Below are positions 1 through 15,659 of a stretch of 63,927 nucleotides of DNA, piece by piece. This DNA comes from Rhynchobatus australiae. Lineage: Eukaryota. The stretch spans positions 24,412,403 to 24,476,329 of the forward strand of contig JAUZTB010000011.1 of the NCBI GenBank assembly GCA_034780895.1, in the 5' to 3' direction. A program made the position numbers and the translations under genes. The notes below the pieces were generated by a model, which worked only from the letters and a program-made list of their open reading frames with translations, was not told the DNA's origin and did not search any database. Within the stretch, counting starts at the first letter, position 1, and every line of letters begins with the position of its first letter.

Positions 1-335
1 TGATCCTCCACACTGCCAAGAGTCCTACCATTAATACTATATTCCGCCAACATATTTGACCTACCAAAATGAACCACATCTGCCACTTCTCAGCCCAGCT
101 CTGCATCCTATCTATGTCCCTCTGCAACTTCTGACAGCCCTCCAAACTATCCACAACACCCCTAACCTTCGTGTCATTTGCAAACTTACTAACCCACCCC
201 TCCACTTCCTCTATAAAAATCACAAAGAGTAAGGGTCCCAGTACAGACCCCTGAGGTACAGCACTGGTCACCGACCTCCACTCAGAATACGACCCTTCAA
301 CAACCAATCTCTGCCTTCTATGGGCCAGCCAGTTC
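1..335 (-). mobile_element. CR1-clade LINE, RT fragment
   Basis: Start is near-identical to the CR1 copy at 57718-57795; encodes the SAVPQGSVLGPLLFV RT motif on the minus strand. Confidence 0.85.
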
Positions 336-553
336 CAAACAACCATTTGACATTGCAATTGCTTAATGTAATATAGTCAGGCAAAGTGCTAAACAGCACT
401 TCGGTGTGCCAAAATAGATTGAGCTTATGCCTTTAAAGAAATGCATACAGCACTGACACCATGACCTAGTCAAGAAGTGACTTGGAATGCAGTACAATTA
501 TATGCAAAAATTTTTTTAAAATGATCTAATTTTATTACAGTAGATACCCTTTA

Positions 554-787
<234 letters not shown>

Positions 788-1454
788 TTATAGATCTTCA
801 GTGGTTTTATACCAAAACATTTACAAATAAAACTAATCAAATAGAATCCATGAATGATGACAAGTAATATTTCACAAGCTGACTAAGTCTACATTTTGCA
901 CAATCATCTNNNNNNNNNNNNNNNNNNNNNNNNNNNNNNNNNNNNNNNNNNNNNNNNNNNNNNNNNNNNNNNNNNNNNNNNNNNNNNNNNNNNNNNNNNN
1001 NNNNNNNNNCTGACTAAGTCTACATTTTGCACAATCATCTTTTACATAAAAGGTTAACCCTGTTGTCAATATGTCAGTGGTATTGCCTGTGGAGAATTAG
1101 TATAGATTTCTCTTCAAATCTTTTGATTCAGAGATGGAGTACTGCTGCTAAGTCATGCCTACAATAAGCAAAAGGATGCACAAAGCATAGACTGACTTTT
1201 GTCTTCATTGCTCTCTTCTAGCATTTAGCCATATTGGCTCCCTTAGCTCCTCTAGAAAAAACCTGGATGAAGCAAGTAACTAGAAAGATTAAGTTAGATG
1301 CACCATTGCTGATTATAGTACCATGAGGTGGCTTTATTGAGACATAGCCTATAATAGCATGGCAAGTATTAATTCAAAATTAACAATACTGTCTAAATAC
1401 ATTTAAAGATAATGTAATCTTTAGCATTATGATTTTGCTGTAGAAAGTTGCTCA

Positions 1455-1727
<273 letters not shown>

Positions 1728-1869
1728 TCATCCTCTGCATAGAACCAAATAGCATTTACAAGTAATTCAGCCCAAAAGGCATTTTTAAAAGTTTACAATA
1801 GTCTCCTCTTTCTGCCTGCCCATTCCATTTAGGCTGCCTCCTTAAGTTCCCTTGTGTATTTTGGAGGGT

Positions 1870-2470
1870 TGTGGCTATCGGGTGACAGCACTACCCATAA
1901 CCTGGTTGAAAGACACATCACTGCCAATCAAGGTTTAGCTCCACCTGACCATTGATCCCTTTAAGCACCTTTTGTACTTGGCCTTGGATCATTGGCCCTA
2001 GTGATCAATTAGTCCTTGCTGGCACCAGGCCATTGGCCTTTACCTGGGCTGGACCCCCTCCAGCACTATAAAGAGTGCCACATGTGCTCAGCTCTCCCTC
2101 TTTCACCTGCCCCGAAGATCACCCTGCTTCATTCCAGGCTGAGGACTGTGGAATGACGCTGGAGAAATCATTGGTGAGGTCTGCACTGTTAAAAGGGTTG
2201 GGAGCATTTTAGTTAGTGTCCCTGGTAGCAGAGAGCCGTGCCTGCACTGAGTCAAGGGGTGGCAGGTATCTTGTTGTTTTTCCTTGATTCTCTGTACCTA
2301 GTTCGCTGTGTGTATATTTTACCCCGTTGCGATTTTCCCATGCTTGCTATAAACTGTATGCGTTATCCCCATTACCATTTTCCCACGTTCATCTTTTGTA
2401 AATAAATCATTCTTCTCCAGACTGTGTTCAGAGTCCTTGCCTTCTGAGACCTTGAATCTGTTTCACAACA
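1870..2470 (+). mobile_element. Probable solo LTR (~600 bp)
   Basis: GC-richer block with TGTGG...CACAACA ends, a TATA-like ctataaag near 2066 and AATAAA at 2401; no clear TSD. Confidence 0.6.
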
Positions 2471-2640
2471 CCTTAGTTTTATTGTTCCTTACAGATTATT
2501 CTTAAATGGTTTCAATCATGGGGATCAAAAAAGAACCATTTCTATTATGCTTACAGCCTAAGCATAGGTCTACTTTTACTCTAAATTATTTACTGGTATA
2601 TCAACATTCTTTAAAAATAAAATATACTCAGTATTACTTA

Positions 2641-2931
<291 letters not shown>

Positions 2932-3678
2932 TTATCCTGAAAGATTGTGCTTATTCACATTCACCATATTGGTTACTTTAAGAAAGCAAAGGACCTTATG
3001 ATCCTGGTGAGAAGAGGAGAGTGTGGAGTTTTAGCACCCACTGATTGACATGAACCTTTCAAAAGGAACAGCAGGCTTTCTTTTTGGTTTCTCACCTCAA
3101 TCTAATTGACAATAATTTTAATTTGAAAATAACAGGAACACCTCTGGAAAGTCATCACAGGTTTCTTCAAGTATGCAGACCAGACTTCAATGACATTCAT
3201 AAGACCAATTGCAATATCAGTCTTAGACCCATGTCAGGGACCAATGATGGCTTGTGAAGACTGATGTGAAATATGTACAATTTCTACTTAAATTTATAAG
3301 ATAAATTGTTTTTTCAACACTCATAGATAGAAGTTTTACTTAATCTCTCATTGTCACAAAGTGATAACTTTCTAATGCTTCTTGGAAAATATTTCAATCA
3401 CTGGAAAATAAACATGAGGAAAGGAAGAAGATAGTCAAGCTTACAAAACAGCAAGCAGAGTATCCACCTGAAATAGGCAAGAGGCCATTTCAACATACAA
3501 AGCCAGATACTAGAATAGTTCAGACCACGTTAGCAGGAATATGAAGCTAAAATAGCTGTGTTGCCAACTTTGGGTCTATTTTGGATGCTATTTCAAAACT
3601 GCCCTCTTGTACTGTTTACTCTCAGGCAGTTTCTGAAGACATGTACACCACTCTGGAACTGACAGTTTTCTAAATTCA

Positions 3679-3789
<111 letters not shown>

Positions 3790-4384
3790 CTATTAAAAAG
3801 AACACACATTTTAGTACAAGTAGTCAGAATGCCAAGATTACACATGATTTTAATTATGTTGACTATAAATAAAACCATATTTTTCTCTAAATTACAAAGT
3901 CCTTATCAATTTTTGTGATTGATCATTTGGAACGAAGTGCTCATGTGGTTCCTGGGCAAGTGCCATGGATCAAGTTAAATGTTGCTATTGGAAAAGCTGG
4001 CCAGTTATTTATTTATGCTTTAAAACTTCAGAAACTGAACTGGATTGAACTAAACATAACATCGCAATTACTGACTATGTTTCCCATGCTGCTCCTTCTG
4101 TGAGTGAAGCAGGCCACGAACGGTGACTAGGCACTGAGGCCTTATCCTTATAATGTTCTGTGCAATTAGCAATTGTGAGTCCAGGATTAGAGCAGGCATC
4201 TGACCTCCAGTGCATTTCTTGCTGCAACTCACTAGCAGTTCTCTGCAGCCCTGGGGGTAGTCATTAGTACATTTGGGATAATATGGGTAAAGTCCCTGTG
4301 CAACCAGATCTTGACCCAAATTCCATTTCCCCTCCCAATTTCCTACCAGCTCTGGCTCAATCGACTGCATTCTCACATCTGAAT

Positions 4385-4705
4385 TAGAAGGTTTTGTGTT
4401 CAAGTCCCACTCCTGCCATAACTATAGTGCTTCAGTGTAGTACCAAGGGATAATTTGTTAAACTGAAGTAACATCAACTTTCTCAAATGGATAGGAAAAA
4501 TCCCATAGGGGACCCATCTTGGTCAATGTTTATTCCTCAATCAATAATACAAAAAAAAATTGTGGTCATTTGCAAATTGGTGTTTGTGGGAACTTGTGCA
4601 TAATTTGACGACAACATTTCCTAAACTAATATAATTGCTGCAAAAGCACTTCAATGAATGATGAGAAAGGTATAAAAGCAAAATACAAATGAAAGCAAGT
4701 CTTTT
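4385..4705 (+). mobile_element. Degenerate Deu-domain SINE (SacSINE1/AmnSINE-like)
   Basis: B-box-like gttcaagtccc, Deu-like core (tttattcctcaatcaa...tgtttgtgggaacttg) and an L2-like tail; similar to copies at 29200, 37150 and 46233. Confidence 0.55.
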
Positions 4706-4797
4706 TTTCCATGCCAGGACTATTCTATTTGAAAAATAACAAATTTTGGATTACCAACTTTGCAAATGCAAAATTATTAAGATAGTCTCAATCATTA

Positions 4798-5007
<210 letters not shown>

Positions 5008-5825
5008 CTAGTAGAAATATTTGAGAGCACTATTGTGATAATTTGATAGCAATTCAAATATCTTTAGAAAAAAAACACTGTATCCTCCTTACTTTACATT
5101 GGGCTTCAAATGTATTGCATTCTTTTGAGCCCTTTCATTCTAAAATTACATTTAAAATATAATAAAGCAGAATATATCCAGAGGATAAGTACAACCTCTG
5201 AAAATTGAGATAATCTTACAGGTTTAAAATCATGCTAGGATATCTATTATTTATTTTAACTTGGCAAGTAAAGTTTATATAGATAAGAGTTATTTGAATT
5301 TTTTTTCTTTCCTCAATTTCGTGAGTTGGATACTGGCTTTCACCCATACAAAGACATATCTCTCCATATGGATGCTATTTGGCTGCTGTGTTAAATTTGC
5401 AGCCCCAGTGGTTATGCCTTTTAAACCAAAACTTACTTGATCAAAAGGTATGAGGAACCCTCAATCTAGACAATATTAAGACCCAATTTTTGTGGCTGGA
5501 CTACTTTTAGGAATTTACTACGTGCAAATCCAGGAAAATGGTATGATAAGACTTTTGACATGCAGTTAGTTTGTATAGCACCTTTAATGCAGAAAAAATA
5601 TTATTAAGGGATTTCACCAGACTTCACATGGAAAATATTGGCACTGGGCTAGAGCTGGGGCTATTAGGAGCACTGATCAAATGCTTCAGCAGTGAGCTGG
5701 CTTTTATGGTTGGTTTTAAATGAGATGACAGAAGTGGAAAGGTGAAGAGGCTTTAGGAGGTGAATTAAGGGCATTAGGCCTGTGGGTGAAGGGTGCACAA
5801 AGGCAGCCTGGTATAGCCTAAGATA

Positions 5826-6055
5826 CTGATAAGATAACATTTCTATATTAGTCATATGTACATCAAAACACACAGTGAAATACATCTTTTGCATAGAGTG
5901 TTTTGGGAGCAGCCTGCAATTGTTGCCATGCTTCCAGCACCAACAGAGCATGCCCACAACATCCTAACCCATACGTCTTTGGAATGTGGGAAGAAACCAG
6001 AGCACCCAGAGGAAACCCATGCAGACACGTGGAGAACGTACAAACTCCTTGTCCA
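5826..6055 (-). mobile_element. V-SINE (HE1-like), 5'-truncated
   Basis: V-domain ggagtttgtacgttctcc...tgggtttcctctgggtgctctggtttcttcccaca on the minus strand. Confidence 0.8.
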
Positions 6056-6362
6056 TTGACAGCTTAAATTTAGATAAAAGGCAGACCAGGAGAACACCAG
6101 AGGTTGATTCTAGAAACAACCAGTATGGAGATAAGATTGAACAGGAAAAGATTGAACAGCTGACAGGCTGAGACAGTGGCCAAAAAACTCTGGTTTGAAA
6201 TGAATGACAAAGTTATTAAGTGGTTAGGAAAGAAAGAATGGAACAGAATTTGCTATGGGGGCTAAAAAGATAATTTCCTCTCCTGTTATTTTGTTTGAGG
6301 GAACTGTTGTCCTGCCTCACCTAATGTTCAAAGAGCAATCTGACAATAGAGGTAGTGGCATT

Positions 6363-6627
6363 ATAAGATACTTTTATGAGTCACGTACATCGAAACACAT
6401 AATGTAATAATCTTTTGCGTAGAGTGTTCTGGGGGCAGCCTGCAAGTGTCGCCACACTCTGGTGCCAACATAGCATGCCCATACCTCCTAACCTGTATAT
6501 CTCTGGAATGTGGGAGGAAACCGGAGCACCCAGAGAAAACCCATACAGACATGGGAAAAACTTACAAACTCCTTACAGACAGTGGCAGGAATTGAACCTA
6601 GGTTGCTAACTGCTACACTACCGTGCC
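6363..6627 (-). mobile_element. V-SINE (HE1-like), near full length
   Basis: tRNA-like head (ggcacggtagtgtag...ggttcaattcc B-box), V-domain, and the same tail as the 5826 copy. Confidence 0.82.
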
Positions 6628-6714
6628 TGTGCCTCACAGGTTGCTGCATCTTTGCTTGCCCAAAAGCTGTTTGGGAAGTAACAAAAAGAGTGAGCAATGT
6701 AGTTGTGAAGATTA

Positions 6715-7200
6715 TAGAACAGTGAATATAATGTGGCAAAATGTGAAGTTGTTCATTTTGGAATGAAAAATGAATGAACAGTACTATTTAAATTTAAAAA
6801 CTGCAGCACAAAGGAATTTGGGGGTTGTTGTGCAAGAAACACAGAATACCAGCAAACAGGCACAGTAAGTAATAGGGAGGGCTGATGGAACGGTGGCCAT
6901 TATTTCAAGGGGCTGGAGCATAACAAAATTGGACGGTATTACTGCAAATGTTCAAGGCACTAGTGAGACCATTTGTAGAGTACTGTGAACAATGTTGGTA
7001 CCCATATTTATAAAACGATGTTTAATTGGAGGCCATTCAGAGAAAATTGACTAAGATGATCCAGGCCATGAAGAAAGATTAAACAGGTTGGGACTTGCTG
7101 AAGTTTAGAAGAATAAGAGGTGATCTTATTGAAACATATGAGATCCTTAGCAGTCTGGACAGGGTAAATTCTGATAACATATTTCCTTTCAAGGGACACT
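6715..7200 (+). mobile_element. Old CR1 LINE RT/C-terminal fragment
   Basis: Degenerate KCEVVHFG and VRP.LEYC.Q.W motifs. Confidence 0.7.
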
Positions 7201-7961
7201 TCAGACAGATATCTCTCACATTCAGTTTTCATTCAGTTTCTTTAGATGACAACCATCATTGTTAAATATCAATGACCAATGCAATCAGTACCCTTGTTGA
7301 AAATATCTTTGTTAACTATTAGTAATTGCACATACTCTTTGCATTTGTTTGATCATTAGGAAAGATCACATAATATGTTTTAAATAATAGCTACCTGGTA
7401 TATATAAATCCTATTAGTAATTCTGTAATTAGATCTGCAAACACCAAATTACATCCATCTACATCTAATTTTAGCATTTTAGTTGTGATTTAAGCAGTTC
7501 CACTCTTCAACCTTTCATAGATGTTTTCTTTGTTCTTTTCTGCTACATTTTTACCTGTCTTGTTTAAAAGCTGTACACCACTTAACATCATTCAATTCTG
7601 ATAGCTTTCAACTTGAAATATCAACTTTTTCTCTCTCCACATATGCTGCCAAATCTGATGATTGTTTCCAGCAGTTTTATTTCTAATTTTCAAACTATTA
7701 ATTTTATATTACGATGACGTGCTAAAATTATCCTTACTGAAAGATACTCTAAACGAAGACCGTAACATTGTATTGTTCGGGTAAAAAAAAATTACAGCAC
7801 ACAAGATAGCACGAATGGTAAAGTAACACTTCATTGTGTGAATTCATGTACAACTTTGCACAGCTCTATTTCACAATAGCTGAAACATGGTTTAATGTTT
7901 AAATGCTTCAAAAGGAATGATGTAATGAATATGTAAATCACATATCATCACTGTTATTTCA

Positions 7962-8276
<315 letters not shown>

Positions 8277-8414
8277 TTATAATTAATAAAACATGAACAT
8301 TTTTCCACAGTAATACTCTTAAAATAACAGATAGGCTAATTTCAAACAATTGGGAGGAACTTGTAAAAATCCCAAATCACAAGGGATATATTAGAGAAAC
8401 TCATGAGTCTAAAG

Positions 8415-8915
8415 GTGGGGATGGAGAGAAAGAGAGGAAGAGAGAGGGAGTGAGACAGAAAGAAGGTTGTGGAGAGAGAAGGGAGAGNNNNNNNNNNNNN
8501 NNNNNNNNNNNNNNNNNNNNNNNNNNNNNNNNNNNNNNNNNNNNNNNNNNNNNNNNNNNNNNNNNNNNNNNNNNNNNNNNNNNNNNNGACAGAAAGAAGG
8601 TTGTGGAGAGAGAAGGGATAGGGTCAGAGAAAGAGTGGGCCAGGGATAGAAAGGGGAAGAGGAGAAAGAGTGAGTAGTATGCAGAGAGAGATGGCCAGGG
8701 AGAGAGTAAGCTGGGTTAGGTAAAAGAGAAGTGAGGAGACAATCATATGATGACGGGTGAAGCAGAGGAAGAAAAAATGAAGGGTAAAAGGAATGTGGAG
8801 GGAAGAGAAAATGTAGTGAGAGAGAAAGAGAGTGGGGAGAGAGGGAGGGGTGCAGGGTGTAGAATAAGCGATGGGAGGAAAGAAATAGGGTTGGGGAGAG
8901 AGATAGAGTGAGGGA
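8415..8915 (+). repeat. GA-rich polypurine low-complexity tract containing an assembly gap
   Basis: Almost purely G/A on the plus strand. Confidence 0.85.
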
Positions 8916-10074
8916 GGTGGTACAAGGTCTGTCAGCATTTGAAGGAGGGAGCAGAATTTGATGGTCATGGTGACACCAGGGGCAGCGGGTGGTGGTGAGG
9001 ATCTGAGGTCCACCAATAGAAAATGGGTCTGATGTGGTCCAAAATTCAAGGTGGGGGTGCTGATGTTTAAGGCTCATAGTCTGAGAAAGGTGCAGTTCAA
9101 TACAGTATTTATCTCTAAAGCTCTGGTGCAATTATTTTCATTTTAATGCATGGAATTATCACATTAAAATGTGCTTATTGTTGCTGTTAATACACATGTT
9201 TCATGTAAATTGAAGTCCTAATATCCATAATAAAAGTCTTAGCTTTCACTACTGTTACTGCTTATTTGATGAAGAATTTCATGCAGTTACAAACATCTGT
9301 TAATGTGGGAAGAGATGTAAATCCAAAAGTGAATGGTCTTTCTACCACTATACGGTAGGCACCTACAGCACAAGAGTTAAGTAGCATTTTAAATTTTATT
9401 GTTACGTGTGCCGGATCTGACTATTTGATCAATATTTTAATTAGAAAAAATAGAAGTTTCTTACAAGGTAACTATCAGTGAAGAAGAGGCATCTTTCTTT
9501 GGCCTAGTAGTATATCTTGCTGCTTTACACCCTCTAGGGCGGTGATACTCTGCCTCTGACGTATAAGCAAAATTATATTTGCTAATGCCTACATGCTACA
9601 GTATTTTTAAACCATCAAGCTGTTCATTTCAATGGTTCAGCAATATTCTGTGCTTGAGCTCACTGTAGCCAAACTTCATTCAAGTGGAATTGAAAACCAG
9701 AAAAGCTTTTTAATGAATAGCCAGGCTGATGTTATGCATTTTACACATTCACTGAAGTTGTTGTTCCAGCCCCCTGTTCTAAACCACTTACAATTAACAT
9801 GCATCAATGCTTCTCATTTTTAACAAACTAATTGCTGATAAAAGTCTGCTTCTAACTACATTGTCCCATTTGTTCAAAATGTTAAAAAATTACATCATCC
9901 AATACACTGCATTCTAAAGCAAAAGGTACAACTTTTTCAATTCATCCTTCCTCTCTGCATTTTCTCACAGCAGGTATACCATACCATGGTTCTCCAGGTG
10001 AGTTTCTCCTAAAAGTTTTATTCCGCTGATCATCATTTCTTTACTGTCACTTCATGTATGGAGTCAAAAGCTAG

Positions 10075-10210
10075 AATTCTATAACTGGCTCCTGTCTCAC
10101 CCCCCCACTCCTCTTTATGCTGGTGTTCTTCCCTTTCTTAGTCTTGATGCAGGGTTTGAACCCGAAACATCTCGCCAACAGTTTCTCCAGCAGATTATTT
10201 GTTGCTCTAG
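10075..10210 (+). mobile_element. Penelope-like element terminal-repeat remnant
   Basis: cttgatgcagggtttgaacccgaaac...ctccagcagattatttgttgctc; same family as 38625 and 53305. Confidence 0.6.
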
Positions 10211-10389
10211 TACTCTATTCACTTTTTTTCCAATTATTTAGTCTGATAAACTGCCTTTAATGCTCTGTGCATCTGTTCTCTCTCTGCTGTTCTATGCTGT
10301 TAAGCTTACTTCTATTATTGTTATATTATGTCATAATGCAAGGCCTGAAAAAAATACATATTTCTAAATTTGTAATAAAACTCACTTTA

Positions 10390-10584
<195 letters not shown>

Positions 10585-10962
10585 TTAACTAAATATGAAT
10601 CAAACAATAGTTCACAGACAGAACAATTTAAATGGCATAGGCCAGTAATAAATGCTGTACCATTATAAACAGCATGTAGTTAGCTGTCGTCTACTTCCTT
10701 TTATTTCCCACGTCTGTTTAAACTTCATTACTGTACAGTTTTCAATTCCAATAATTAGTGTGCTCCTTGCATTAGATTAATTCTACACTTGCATGTAGAA
10801 CCATTTATTTAAATGACAAAAATGAGCACCATAGCATATTATTCATTGAGAAGATTTGCACCAGATCTGTACCATTTGAGACCGATTTGAAACAGTACAT
10901 TAAAAAATCTTCCATTTTTTCACCATCAACTCTAAATTCCACATAAGCAATATGCTAACTTA

Positions 10963-11121
<159 letters not shown>

Positions 11122-11836
11122 TTAAGAATGGTTGGATAGACTCCTCTAACTGTGGTTAACTCCATTTGCAATTTCTCAGTGATAAAAAAATAAGATTCCA
11201 GATGCTGAAAATCCCAAATAAAAACAGAATGTAAGTCAGACCACATTTGTGAGAGAGAGAAAAAATAATAATTTTTTATGCAGTTTGACTTGGTGAAGAT
11301 TTCAAGCATTTTCTATTTTTGTCCTCAGTAAAAGACTTGGCCAACACCTTAGTAGTTGGGGGTGGGGGATATATCTTTGGTAGTCAGATGGTGTGACTAT
11401 TGATGAAAGGGAGGGTGCTATCAGTAGATAGAAAGTCAGGATATGCCATGATTGTAGAGGAGACCAGATTGGGTTTACAGTTTGATGGGTGAGAGAATGC
11501 CTGGTCAGGAGACTGATGGGTAGTGTCTGGTCAGGTGAAGGCTGTGAGCTTGGTTATGGGCTTTGTTCTGGAGTGGTGCAGCAGGACAAAGGAAAGAGAG
11601 GTAAGTACATACCTAAAAGGGATTTATGTATCTAAGCTAGGTTCACGGCTGCCATACAGACACTTCAGAAGTACAGAATTAACTTCTAGATTGTACATGT
11701 TTGGGGTCCTCCATGTGTAAGACTGTCAGATGCATGGAGGACTCATATGAAAATCAGAAACTGCACAGTTAGCATAAAGTTCTGAATTTTCAATGATCAT
11801 ATTATGACATTTTTCTTAAGTAACAGGTTATGACTA

Positions 11837-12037
<201 letters not shown>

Positions 12038-12804
12038 TTAAATTTTATTATGAGATAACAATCTTTCTTGTATTCTACATGCTAGGTTTAAAATTATAAC
12101 TATCGTCAATATTTTTCCCTTATTTAAGGTAGAATCTAGAAAATCCTCTCAATTTCTAGAAAATATCAGCAATTTTAAGTCAATAATTTTCTTAGTTCAA
12201 AACAATTTAGCTACAAGTTAAATAAATATTTTTCATAACAAATCTAGCAGTCAACCCTTAACATTTTTCAGAAATAGCTGACTCAACTGAGAAGGGATAC
12301 CACAGATTTAAAAAAAAGTAGTTGTTTATAAAAAAGGATATACATTCCAAAGACTAAGATGGGCATAAGCTTTGCCAAGATGGCTATCAGCATCAAGTGG
12401 TATACNNNNNNNNNNCAGTGCAATTCCTATCAAAATTCCAAAGGTACTTTTCACAGAAAAAGAAAAAATGGCATTTAGACATATTTTGAATTGAACAGCT
12501 GGAAGAAATGGAACCTAAACTATTTTTGCAATACCAGTGTAACATATATAGTTTTTTTTTCCCAATTTCACCTGTGGAAAGTTCTCCTTCAATGTCAATC
12601 AATGCCAGAACATGCATTTGATTGTGGAACCATGAAGGTCCCAATTATATTCATTCATCATTTATTTCACAATGTAGAAAACAGATACCTTTGTTGCCTT
12701 GGAGCTTACTGTGCACTTCACTCAAAAAAAGTCTTACATAAATTTGAAATTCAAATCATTGTCAAGGAGAACCAATCCTTTTTTATAGATAAATCCATCA
12801 TTTA

Positions 12805-12924
<120 letters not shown>

Positions 12925-13857
12925 TTAAATTGCTTTTGAAAGCTGTTGCAAAAAAATTTCAGTCAAAATTAACACAAAGAGAACACAGAATTGTGTTATG
13001 TGCAAGTATATTAGCAGTGCTTTTTCCACACCTCATGGTTAATATTTGTCTTGGACAGTAACTCAAAATGGGTGATAGTGATTTTGCAGTCAATATGTTC
13101 TTGACCAGATTTGTCTTTACACTGGAAAGGAATCAGGCAATGTGTAAAATGGGTCTCTAAATCTGTGTGCTCCATACTATGTCACTGTCCAGTCAATGTC
13201 CTTCTAATGGTCTCAATGGAATTCCTGCAATGTGTGTATCAAAACAGTAACTGAATATAAATTTCCAAGGGAATGCGCAGCTTCACAATGTCTAAAAGTA
13301 TGCAACTTGCCCCGAGGTTTCCAAAAATGTTGAGATCAGTATTTACATGCCCCCTCACCTGATCCTGAGGCTTGGCTGACAGGGAAAATTTAACAAAAAA
13401 AAGCAGTACTGGGGGTGGGGGAAGGTGGAGATGAGTCTTTCCTTTAAATTTCACTCACATACAGTTTTTTTTAAATCCCATAACCACTGAAGTCTTGGAC
13501 TGGTTTAAAACTGTATGCAAGTGAAAATTGGGTACAAATGGCATATTTCTATTTGTGAGTATGTAAAATATTGCACAAATCAATTAAAGGTGGCATCACC
13601 TGGGAAGAGTGGTTAAAAAAACTAAGTACAAAAATGCAGTTATACCCAAGAATAAGTACTTTAAACTATTACTCAGTAAAAGTAAACCATTACAGCAGGA
13701 CAATTAGCAATACACCATATCGGTAATTCATTATTTATTTGAGGAGATCTGCCTTCCCTCACTTCATAGCAATGTGAGCAATAAAATGAACCCAACAAGT
13801 TATTTATTATGCTGTTATAGTATATAAAATTTTGTAATCTTTGTTTGAATTTACTTA

Positions 13858-14073
<216 letters not shown>

Positions 14074-15659
14074 TTATATAAAATTATGGAGATATTTCAG
14101 CAGGCTTAAATCACATTGACAATGAAAGACTATGTTTACTCTACAGCTATAGCATAATAAACCTTATCAAGCCACAAGTTTAAAATCTAAATTGATTTAC
14201 AGACTAATAAGATACAGAGATAGAAGAGCACATTAGATGAATATTTCAGTGAATGAATACCCGAGATGCTGGAAATCTGAAATAAATTTACATTTTCTGT
14301 GTTTAAGTTGCCCTATCTATTCCTCTCCCACCCTCTCTGCAACATAAGATCAACCTGTTTGCTCTCTTTCTCAGTTATGCTGAAGGGTCTTCCTGAAACA
14401 CTAACTCTTTCTCTTTCACAGATATTGCTAAAAGTTTCCAGCAACTTCTGTTTCTATTTATTCTTTATATTTCAATCTTATTTTGTTCAAGATAGAGTCA
14501 TGAAAATATAGAATTGCAACTTTTTAAAAAGTAAAAATGGGAGAAACCTCAACTTTCAAGTGAAAATTTTCATTAACTGAAAATCTGAGGGATAACTTCA
14601 GCATGTCCATGCAAATGTGAAAGTTCCAAGTCACATAGTTATTTGCAATTTTTTCCTCAAATGCAATTCAACATTGGTCAGTTTCAACTGCTGGTCAGTT
14701 ATGTTGGGAAATACACACTATCATCCACTAAGGGATTTGTCCAGGTGCAGGTAGTGCTTCTCCATTGATTTCAATGAAGCAATGAAGAGAAATCACTGCA
14801 ATGGACTCAGTTAAGTATTTGTTAATTTGGATATTGGATCATTTAAGTGTTTTAAGTGATTTTTCATTGTTCTAAGTTTTATACATATATATCTTGAAAA
14901 TTTAAAAAATATTTTTTTTGGTAGCTTTGTTTTCAGAATTTATGAATGTCAGAACTGTTCTACATTTCTACATTCCAGCTAAGCCAGAAAATATATTCAG
15001 CTCTCCAAGATTTCTTTCCCCCTTCGACTTTTTGTGGGTGGTTTTGTTCTGTAACCCCTGAGCACATTATCACACTGTCAAAGAAAGATCTGTCAGAGTG
15101 CAGAGCCTAGTCTTAGAAGAGGTGGAACTGGCTTTGTAATGCAAGTTCCCTTGAAGGGGAGCCAAATTAAGTTCAATATTTGTTTAGTAGTCAATGGTAA
15201 GCATGGACAGTTTGGTACTGACTGCAAATTCTGAACCAAATTTGAAGTTTTTTGGGATAAAGACAATTTAAAAATTATTAAAACTGTAAAGAGTGGTGAA
15301 GTGCAGATTTGCTGGCATGTGCTCTATTGTGGTAATGGAAATCTGGAACCTACTCCTAAAAACATCTGTTACAATGGGTCAAATAAAAAAAATGGAGTTT
15401 GTTAGATTTGTATTGAATATTAATCTTCAGGGATATGAAACCACATGTGACAATGTAGCTAAAGTACAGATGCTATTGTTAGAGTTAAGATGTCCCAATT
15501 CCATGGTTAAGATCAAAGCTCTGCATTCTTGCCATATTTTGTGATGATTGCTGGTGCAATTAAATAAGTAAAAAGGGATGGTAGCTCTATGAATATCCCT
15601 ATCCTCAACAAAAAAAACCCAGCACATAAATGCAGAAGGCAAGGCTCAAGTATTTACAA

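Noticed and set aside
879-1040. 31-bp direct repeat on both sides of the N-gap
   Set aside because: Identical sequence directly flanking a 100-N gap indicates an unmerged contig overlap
6560-6627. tRNA-like A/B boxes
   Set aside because: SINE head; no cloverleaf
8409-9131. 240-aa ORF and overlapping ORFs
   Set aside because: Low-complexity CT/GA tract read through Ns; the gap flanks are duplicated as well
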